Translations under genes and position numbers: made by a program
The notes under the pieces: generated by a model
Told to the model about the DNA's origin: nothing
Databases searched by the model: none
The model's input: only the letters and a program-made list of their open reading frames with translations
Shown: one piece after another, positions 53,501 through 64,000 of the stretch
Layout: each line of letters begins with the position of its first letter
Numbering within the stretch: the first letter of the stretch is position 1
DNA from: Octopus vulgaris
Lineage: Eukaryota
Direction of reading: 5' to 3'
Length of the DNA stretch: 64,000 bases
Assembly (NCBI GenBank): GCA_951406725.2
Contig: OX597838.1
Location: forward strand, 4,526,001-4,590,000

Positions 53501-54159
53501 GAATCATACGGGAACGAGATCCAGAACGAATATGGGGTTATGTCTGCTTATCAATGTCGTATACACGGTTCCTCCTCGAAACGAATTCGAATCGCTAGTT
53601 TGAGGTATATACAGGTAGCACAAAATCTATCATCCGATGTGGAAAAGCATCGCACAAGTAAAATAAAATACAAATTTTGTCTTAGGAGCAGATCTATAAA
53701 GCAAACATTATCAATGTCACATACTCAGTGCATGTGTGTAGTTAAGCCCTTTTGGGGTGCGCTATTTCATCCAGGGAAGGTCTCTTTGAAGACGTAGAGT
53801 GTTAGAAACGCAGCATATTTCAAGTGTGTGTATGTATGTATATGTGTGTGTGTATTAGGAAAGGCTCTGAGGCACTGTTTCACACCTGCTGGTGTGTTGA
53901 CACGGACGTACAAAAAAATTAAAAATTACTAAAGCTCTTAATAATGCTCCTAAATGAAGCTGGAATTTGAACTCCCTTTTAATCCTCTAATATTCCACCA
54001 ATGCTGGAAGTTCATTTCGCGACCTGAAATCGATGAAAGCGAAAAGTGAAATAGTCTGGAATCGAACTCAGGGCGCAAAGATCCGAAATAAATAAATCTA
54101 ACTATTCTATTCATTGCAGTAAGGATTGTGTAAATTCGCCGCGATATGCATGTTAGTAC

Positions 54160-54168
54160 GTACGTACG

Positions 54169-54202
<34 letters not shown>

Positions 54203-54820
54203 TGTATGTATGTATGTATGTATGTATGTATGTATGTATGTATGTGTGTGTATGTATGAATCTATGTGTGTACGTATGTATGTATGTGTGTATGTATGTA
54301 TGTATGTATGTATGTATGTATGTATGTATGTATGTATGTATGTATGTATGTATGTATTGTATGTACGTATGTATGTATGTATGTATGTATGTATGTATGT
54401 ATGTATGTATGTATGTATGTATGTATGTATGTATGTGTGTACGTATGTATGTATGTGTGTATGTATGTATGTATGTATACGTATGTATGTGTGTACGTAT
54501 GTATCTATGTATGTGTGTATGTGTGTATGTATGTATGTATGTATGTAAGTATGTATGTGTATATAATTGCATGTATTTGTGTATGCATGCATGTATGTAT
54601 GTATGTGTGCATGTATGTATGCATACATGTATGTATGTATGTATATGTGTATGTATGCATGTATGCATGTATATATGTGTGGATGTATGTATGCAAGCAT
54701 TTATGTACGTGTGTTTGTATGCATCAATGCATGTAAGTATGTATGTGTGCATGTATGTATATACGCATGCATGTATGTATGTATGTATGTATGTATGTAT
54801 GTGTGCGTGTATGTATGTAT
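54160..54820. repeat. (TATG)n microsatellite block
   Basis: Direct reading. Confidence 0.96.
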
Positions 54821-55034
54821 CGATTTATCTATATACACACACACATACATGCATAAGTACACGTACATATATTTATATATATATATATATTTAAAAACAC
54901 ACACACATACACATACACTTACTCACTCTCTCTTACACACACGCACACATAAATGTATATATAAGTTCATATGTGCTTCCATACATGGCAAAGCAGCTGA
55001 ATACATAATATATGTTTTCTCTATTTTTTTTTTT

Positions 55035-55103
55035 TTATTCTATTCTATCTAGTTTCAGCTCACGATCCGCGGCCATGCTGGGGCACCGCCACTTGGTGCA
55101 ACT
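55035..55103 (-). mobile_element. Very short 3' end of the CR1-like LINE
   Basis: ctagtttcagctcacga..cggccatgctggggcaccgcca.ttggtg matches 43834-43883. Confidence 0.75.
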
Positions 55104-55139
55104 ATAAATATACTTATACGTAAACGCATTTAAAATGTG

Positions 55140-55189
55140 TGTATACACACACACACAGATATGTATATAGATGTACATGTATCAGAAAG

Positions 55190-55235
<46 letters not shown>

Positions 55236-55267
55236 GATATGTATATAGATGTACATGTATCAGAAAG

Positions 55268-55307
<40 letters not shown>

Positions 55308-55338
55308 GATATGTATATAGATGTACATGTATCAGAAA

Positions 55339-55385
<47 letters not shown>

Positions 55386-55456
55386 CACACACACACACAG
55401 GTATGTATATAGATGTACATGTATCAGAAAGTATATATATATATATATATACACAT

Positions 55457-55480
<24 letters not shown>
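55140..55480. repeat. Minisatellite, 4 x CACAGATATGTATATAGATGTACATGTATCAGAAAG(TA)n(CA)n
   Basis: Direct reading. Confidence 0.92.
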
Positions 55481-55487
<7 letters not shown>

Positions 55488-55775
55488 ATATTGATTAAAC
55501 ATGCGTGTGGCATATGAGCGTGTTGTATTCGTGTCGTTGTATATTCTACGTGTTATCAGACAGAGATAAGAGTATTACATTTCCGACTAGCATTGGCATC
55601 TACGCCATTATCACCGGGGTACCAATTATGAGGTATCATGTGTATATGCCACCCGTATATACACTCAATTGATTAGGCTAATTGCTGCTCAGGTTTTGCT
55701 GTAAACAAACCGCATACTTACACATACGCACATACACATACACATACACACACATATGTATATACATATAAACTG

Positions 55776-55809
<34 letters not shown>

Positions 55810-56457
55810 CAGTATATATATAGGTATATGTATATGTGTGTGTGTCTGTATTTGTATATATATGTATGTAAATAAACACATACACTTACACATACACACA
55901 GACATATACGTATATACCTATGCATATTTATGTATATATGTGAGTGTGTGTATATGTATGTGTACATAAATATATATGTATGTATATGTATCCATATATA
56001 AATATATATGCATGTATATGTCTGTATATATATATACGCATATATGCATGCATATATATTTATACATACATATATACATATATATTTACATATTTACATA
56101 TGTACACATACACACACACACACACATATATATATACATATATGCATATATATGTATGTCTACGTTCCTTGTCTATGTTTCTGAGTAAGTATTTGTTTTC
56201 GTGCATATGTGCACGCGCATATGATATGTTTCACCATTTATGCGCATGTATACGCAAACAGATTTTTGTAGAATATTCATTTGATTGAAAAATATATACA
56301 TATGTAGGCATGTTTGTAGACATATTTACTGAGAAATATTTTACAGCCGTACATATATGCTCATACACATGAACACACACACACACATGCACATATATGT
56401 ATATTTGTATGGGTTCTTGCGAGTGTGTGTACATGTTCATATATTCCTATATATTTC

Positions 56458-56499
<42 letters not shown>

Positions 56500-56501
<2 letters not shown>

Positions 56502-56701
56502 TCTTTTACTTGTTTCAGTCATTTGAGTGCGGCCAAGCTGGAGCACCGCCTTTAATCGAGCAAATCGACCCTGGGACTTATTCTTTGTAAGCCCAGTACT
56601 TATACTATCGGTCTCTTTTGCCGAACCGCTAAGTGACGGGGACGTAAACACACCAGCATCGGTTGTCAAGCAATGCTAGTGAGACAAACACAGACACACA
56701 A

Positions 56702-56763
<62 letters not shown>

Positions 56764-56926
56764 GACAGGCTTCTTTCAGTTTCCGTCAACCAAATCCACT
56801 CACAAGGCATTGGTCGGCCCGGGGCTATAGCAGAAGTCACTTGCCCAAGATGCCACGCAGTGGGACTGAACCCAGAACCATGTGGTTGGTTAGCAAGCTA
56901 CTTACCACACAGACACTACTGCGCCT
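56500..56926 (-). mobile_element. SINE A, full length
   Basis: Near-identical to 4826-5217. Confidence 0.95.
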
Positions 56927-57073
56927 ATATATATATATATATATGGAAAAAATAATTTTATTAAAACCATTTCAGGACCGGTTCCAGTGTATGAAATTTT
57001 CTTCAACTGTAAGCATGGAAAACAATTGTTAAACTTTGGAAAAATTAAATGAAAAGATTTTTTTATAAGAATA

Positions 57074-58119
57074 CTAGCATTCAAGACCCGTCGTTGCCGG
57101 GTCATAGTGCTAGTGCATGTATATATGTGTATATATATATATGTGTACATATTACATGTACATCTATATATATACATCTACACATAAAATACAAAATACA
57201 AAGTTATATCTTGATATCGCTAGTGAAAACAATACTCAAAATATATAACAGACTGAAATTGTTAGCCCGTCTCTTGTAATTTCGATCAATTGTATCTTGT
57301 CCTCCCTCTTGTATAGAAGTGTGGCTACAATCCTGCCTACCTCTACTGCTGGAGGTGGGGGGGGGGTCATTAAAAATTTTTTTCCGGGACGTCCTACGTC
57401 CCAGATATAAAGGCAAAACTATAATATTTCCACTTTGCAAGTTCGAGTCGAGTACTCCCTTGCATGCTCCGTTGACTCGAACCTTACTTCTATTGTGGCG
57501 AATTTACCGCCTCTATTTAGATACCTTTCATAGCCGCACCAAGACACTTTTCGAAGGTGCTTTCCTCCATGTGTTCAAATCTTCTTTTTTCTCTACATTG
57601 TATACTTTATAGACAATAGTCTTTTCTTTAATTTAATTTTTTATTATCCATCTGGACTATTCCATTTCTGCACGCTAATTTTATTTTCAATTTATTCCCA
57701 TTCATGTGAAACCACTTATTCAAGTTCAAGTCATTGATGCAATTTTATACCAATTGCTATTTTTAATTTTGTTATGTCACGATTATATTATACTTTAGTT
57801 TGATTTTAATTATTACTTACTACATATAATTCAATTGTTATTATTATTATTTTTATTGTTAAAGTGAAAGTATCTGACATAAAATAGAGAAATGTTTTTG
57901 TTTCACTTTTAACATGTAATACTGAAATAGTGGAGAAGATATGATATTGCTATGGGCTCGCTCTAAGCAAGAAGTTGAACATTTCTTTTGCTCATGAAAC
58001 TACATGGACCCTAAGTAAGGCATGTGTAAAATTTGAACGAAATTGGCTGTGTAGTTCTCAAGTTTTAGGGAAACACAGAGACAGACAGACACACATTCTC
58101 AGTTTTATATATATAAAGA
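57074..58119 (-). mobile_element. Non-autonomous Helitron
   Basis: Minus 5' end A|TCTTTATATATATAAAACTGAGAATGTGTGTCTGTCTG; 3' hairpin GACCCG..CGGGTC followed by CTAG|T; inserted at an A/T site with no TSD. Confidence 0.75.
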
Positions 58120-58900
58120 TTTGTGTATTTATGTATATATATGCTTGCATATATATACCTATATATGCATACACACACATATATATATGCATGTATGTGT
58201 GTGTGTATGTATATGTGTGTGTAAGGTATGTCTGTGTTATTGCTTTTGTCTATAGGAGTTACGGTAGAGCTGAGTTAATGCAACGCAGAAAAGATCCTGA
58301 CATGTGATTTGTCATTGTTCTCTTCTTTAATTAAGAAACAAATCTGAAATTAAAAAAAATATATATTTTCTCAGTTTCATTTAAGTTTGAATTGAAAAAC
58401 ATACCACGTCTATGACATTGATAAATGGTACGCCAGGACGTATTAAAATTATAGTACTCAATACATGGCGAAGATTATGTTGTTCTATCTATTCTTCCAT
58501 CAATCAATCCATTCATCCCCCCTCTCCGCCTCCATCCACCCATCCATCCATCCATCTATCGATCTAGATTTGGCGAGTTGCCTGGACCAGTGTAAATCTT
58601 CTACGTTACAACTTGCGATCAAGTGATGCGCTATGACTTTGGTTTTAATCTTATTTGTATTTCTTAAGTTAAAATATCCCATCTCCACATGCCACCATTA
58701 TAGGTGATACTTTTTCGTTAACTGAATTTGTTAATCCTGGCCGTAGATGTTTTGTTAACTGTTAATCCGCTCAACATCCAATGATATTCGCCACTGACTC
58801 AATAAGTTAATTTCCTGAAATAGTTGACATCCATACAGCACGCTGCGGTCCATGATTTCAACGTATACTGACTCTGGTGGTTACATTTTACTTAACTCAT

Positions 58901-59265
58901 CATCATTGTTCGACCGTGGTCGAGACAATGGAATTTACCATGCTACGCCAGACTTCACGGTCCATCATGGCATTACGGAGGTCCTGTTGCTGGATGCCTG
59001 TATCCCTGGAGATTACATCAGCGTAGGAGAGTGCGCGCCCTCTGGTATTGCGAGTAGATGGCTTCCAGAGGAGAAGAGTAGAAATTACGTCTTTTTCAGC
59101 TCTACAACAATGTCCAGCAAACTGGACTCTCCTACCTTTCACAAGAGATGACACAGGTGGTAATTTCCCATATATTTGCATTTTGGTTGGATGGCGCTTC
59201 CACGAGAGATTTTGAGCTCTCATAAGGAGGCGAGTGTAGGTTCCATCCAACCGCCTCTCAAGCTT
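58901..59265 (-). mobile_element. 5'-truncated RTE-X-like LINE, young copy
   Basis: Uninterrupted DGTYTRLLMRAQNLSWKRHPT..RRVQFAGHCCR..LLLWKP..DREVWRSMV*, (TGA)n tail, 10-bp TSD CTTAACTCAT at 58891-58900 and 59266-59275. Confidence 0.92.
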
Positions 59266-59579
59266 CTTAACTCATAGCCAGGACCCGATCAGGTACATCT
59301 ATTCTAAATCAGAGCTGACTTGAGAACAATAGCGGCCAAGGGGTAATTCTACACTTCGCTAAAACCCTGGAACTTTCGAACGAGTACACTCGCTACCAGA
59401 TGCAGTTTCAAGTCATATCGTCACTTAATCTGCATCATTACCTCCTCCTCCATAATTCCAGTTTCAAGCTACAGCGATCACGAGGTATCTCGATATTTTG
59501 TGTTCGTTTTACCTAGCGTACCTAATCATTTAGATTACCTGTGAAATAAATCCCCTACACTTTGTGTATGTATATATAT

Positions 59580-59798
59580 ACTCTTTTACTCTTTTACTTG
59601 TTTCAGTCATTTGACTGCGGCCATGCTGAAGCACCGCCTTTAATCGAGCAACTCGACCCCGGGACTTATTCTTTTGTAAGCCCAGTACTTATTCTATCGG
59701 TCTCTCTTGCCGAACCGCTAAATAACGGGGACATAAACACACCAGCATCGGTTGTCAAGCAATGCTAGGGGGACAAACACGTACACACAAACACAAAA

Positions 59799-59837
<39 letters not shown>

Positions 59838-60002
59838 TACGATGGGCTTCTTTCAGTTTCCGTCTACCAAATCCACTCACAAGGCTTTGGTCAGCCCGGG
59901 GCTATAGCAGAAGACACTTGCCCAAGGTGTCACGCAGTGGGACTGAACCCGGAACCATGTGGTTGGTAAACAAGCTACTTACCACACAGTCACTCCTGCG
60001 CC
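59580..60002 (-). mobile_element. SINE A, full length
   Basis: Near-identical to the other full-length A copies. Confidence 0.95.
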
Positions 60003-60023
60003 TATATATATATATAAACATAC

Positions 60024-60350
60024 GAGGGCGCGTGGCTTAGTGGTTAGGGCATTCGGCTCATGATCGTAAGGTTGTGAGTTCGATTCCCGGCGACGCGTTG
60101 TGTCCTTGAGCAAGACACTTTATTTCACGTTGCTCCAGTCCACTCAGCTGGCAAAAATGAGTTGTACTTGTATTTCAAAGGGTCAGCCTTGTCACTCTCT
60201 GTGTCACGCTAATTATCCCCGAGAACTACGTTAAGGGTACACGTGTCTGTGGAATGCTCAGCCATTTGCACGTTAATTTCACGAGCAAGCTGTTCCGTTG
60301 ATCGTATCAGCTGGGACCCTCGTCGTCGTAACCGGCGGAGTCTTTAGAAA
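60024..60350 (+). mobile_element. CORE-like SINE D, full length
   Basis: Near-identical to 8864-9195; TSD ATATAAACATAC at 60012-60023 and 60351-60362. Confidence 0.94.
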
Positions 60351-60360
60351 ATATAAACAT

Positions 60361-60391
<31 letters not shown>

Positions 60392-60763
60392 TATACACAT
60401 ATATATATATATACATATTTATATATACATACGCATATATACATACATGCATGCGTACATACATATGCCTATATCAATGTTTGTCTTTATTGTTCAGTTA
60501 TAATAAAAACAATTTAACATTTATCTCATGCTACTCTATAATTTTGTAAAAATTTATATATTTTTACACCAGAATGTTGTCGAGAGTGACTTCGAAGTTT
60601 CCGCTCGCAAAACCATTGTCGAACTGTAAATCGATCCATGCATCCATGCATTCATCCATGTATATATATATATATCTTAATAAATACATACTCTAGAAGA
60701 GGTATTGAGTAATCCTGCAGTTTAATGCAAAATTCTTTTCATAACTCGACACACAAACAAACA

Positions 60764-60918
<155 letters not shown>

Positions 60919-60956
60919 GTATATATATGTATATATATTATATATATATATATAAA

Positions 60957-60994
<38 letters not shown>

Positions 60995-61545
60995 ATATAT
61001 ATATATACATATATATGTATGTGCATATATATATATATATATATATATACATACACACACATACTTACATGCATACATACATAAATACATACATACATAC
61101 ATACATACATACAAACAAACAAACATCCGTGTTTATTTGCGTAAAAAAATGAATATTTTGAATTGTAAGTCTGTAATGAAACAGATTAGGAAAGAAGGAA
61201 AAAAAATGAATATCATTAAAAACACACTTAAAAAATTGATTTTTAAAAACTTTTGTTCTTTCATTTTTGTTGTTGTTGTTGTTTAGATTTTATATTTCCT
61301 TCTTTCCTTCCTTTCTCTCTGTCTCTCCTTGTCTTTTCCCTCGTCAGAGCACCGCAGAAGGAAAGACGCTTTTGTAAAGTAGTAAACAGCGTTATTTACC
61401 CGAAACGAGGTATTGATGCCGTAATAACACACGTAACAACAACAACACACACACACAAACATGCATGTACTGAGAGAAGGATATATACAAATACATACAT
61501 ACATATATACATATATGCACACACAAAAATATGCATATGTATATA

Positions 61546-61665
<120 letters not shown>

Positions 61666-61671
61666 CATATA

Positions 61672-61715
<44 letters not shown>

Positions 61716-62004
61716 TACGTACAGATATATATAGATATATTTACATATACATGTAAATATATGTATGAATATGTATATATATATATAGATACACATATAT
61801 GTATACACACACATACACATCACACACACACACACACACACAGATATATATATATATGTACAAACACATGCACACATATACACTCATTTAGTCATAAATC
61901 TTTAAGAGAAACGAGTGTAAGTATTTTGCTTCCTATGGATAGAAAACACACAAATAAGATGTGTTAATTTTTATGAGAGAACGTGTATACGTATCTAAGT
62001 ATGT

Positions 62005-62050
<46 letters not shown>

Positions 62051-62104
62051 CACATAACTCTCTCTGTCAATCTGTCTCTGTTTCTCTCTCTCTATCTCAC
62101 TATA

Positions 62105-62172
<68 letters not shown>

Positions 62173-62355
62173 TATTTATGTTTATGTGTGTGTCTGTTAG
62201 CATAGGATGGTTGTGGTGGTATTCAAATGTGATGTTGTCTTCGTGTTGGAGTGAATGTAGGCGCAGAACTGTTTGCGAGAATTCTAAATGATGGAAACCA
62301 TTCTTTTAGGAAAATGGCAACTTACACAGAAAGATCTTAAAGGAATACAATATAT

Positions 62356-62435
<80 letters not shown>

Positions 62436-62620
62436 GCGTGCGTATATATATATATATATGTATACATATACATACGTTTTTTATACATGTTTATATGTTT
62501 ATAAATATTCATGCTTTTATATATACATATAAACACAAATACACACATATATAAATGTCTATACCTATTTCTATATATATATATACGTATATATATATTC
62601 ACACATATATACGCATATTC

Positions 62621-62720
<100 letters not shown>

Positions 62721-64000
62721 TGCTAAAACATATTTGGCAATGGAATACAAAGAACACAACATCTCAGAAACCTCTTTGAAAAAGCGATGGTAAATAAATA
62801 AAAAAAAAAACTGCTTCTATCTCGAAACTGAAGGAAAATTAAAATTAAACAAAATCACAAAAACAAAGCGGAATAAAATTGTTGTTTATTTTTTTGAAGT
62901 GTAAAAATAAAACCAAACAAAATATAAAAAAATTAATAAAAAATGATGTCAAAGAATTCTGGGAAATTTATGGCGGAAAACAACTTCTGAATGTCCCTCC
63001 CTCTCTCTCTCTCTCTTGTTGTTTATAGATCTGGGATGAAACCACCTGTTTTCTGAGGAGAATAATATTGCTTGCCCTCCCAATCTCTTCCTCTCATTCT
63101 CTCCTTTCTCTAGCACTTATTTGCCCCTCCCCCTCCCTGTCTCTCTCCCTCCATATCTCTCTCCCTCCCTCATTCTATCTCTCCCCCTCTCTTCCTCCCT
63201 CTCCCCCTCTCCCTCCATCTCTCCCGCCCTCCCTCTCTCTCTCCCTCCTTCCATGTCTCTCTCCCTCCTTCCATGTCTCTCTCCCTCCATCTCTCTCTTT
63301 CTGCCTCCCTCCCTCTCTCTTTCTCTTATTGTTTCTCATCATCATCATCATCATCATCGTTGTCGTTGTCGTTGTCATCGTCGTCGTCATGAGCATCCTC
63401 ATCATCTTCTTCTTTCGCTTCTTCTCTTTCTTCTTCTTTTTCTTCTTCTTCTTCTTCTTCTTCTTCTTCTTCTTCTTCTTCTTCTCTATCTGTATACTGA
63501 TCATATTGTCTTATTTTCCTTTCTTAGTCTATCACTCTTCCTGATTTGTGTGACTAGTTTTCACATTAGAATAATCTCCTTCCAAGTTTGCAATTCCCCT
63601 CATTAAGCCAACGTCGTCAAGAATTTGTCTTAGCCAACCATACCGTCGTCATCCCAATACTTATAACTACCCGGAACCTATTTTATCGATTTCTATGTAG
63701 CTTAGTCCTCACTGGCAATGAGTGTGACGCTGTAGCGCACGCGACACATTCGCCGACGGTTTCAGATGCTTGTGAAGTCACCAACCTCGTTCAATCCGCT
63801 ATTTTTCCTGGTAGAACCCCGAGCATCTGACAACTTGTTGTACTCTTACTCTTTTCCAGTTGGACCTAACAAAGAAACGGGGAATTAAGTACCTTGCTCG
63901 ACGACACGGTACGCTGCCTAGCCGATGAATGGAACTCACACTTGTGAGGCCAGGATTATAACCACTGGTTCACGTACCACCTCGAATCATAGGATATAAA

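Noticed and set aside
60024-60095. tRNA-like sequences with A/B boxes (also 9120-9195, 16678, 26121, 27312, 52623)
   Set aside because: These are SINE heads: no proper acceptor stem, and each is followed by a SINE body, often with TSDs

Overview
Repeat-saturated animal genomic DNA. The SINE repertoire and extreme (TA)n/(TATG)n/(AAT)n microsatellite load suggest a cephalopod, probably Octopus (inference, not a database result). There is a 100-N scaffold gap at 8212-8311, and almost every ORF in the supplied track is a translated microsatellite or SINE. Mobile elements: at least five tRNA-derived SINE types built from swappable head/core/tail modules; LINE fragments (RTE/RTE-X/BovB-like, CR1-like, R4/Dong-like); Helitron remnants, one with a Pif1 helicase C-terminus; a mariner-type MITE; and a possible piggyBac-type element. 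The only credible cellular gene is an uninterrupted 375-aa orphan ORF (40311-41438) rich in short linear motifs (Cys cluster, LC8 TQT, two RVxF, FFAT-like, LIR-like). The most unusual signal is a set of small (TA)n-embedded, Penelope-like/retrozyme-like elements carrying minimal hammerhead ribozyme motifs, including a 132-bp palindrome (47458-47589) with a hammerhead fold on each strand. Also notable: a covarying pseudoknot inside one SINE family, a SINE/LINE shared 3' stem-loop, SINE multimers with a recurrent junction, and a twin-priming-like inversion in an RTE copy. SINE family letters A-F are my own labels.
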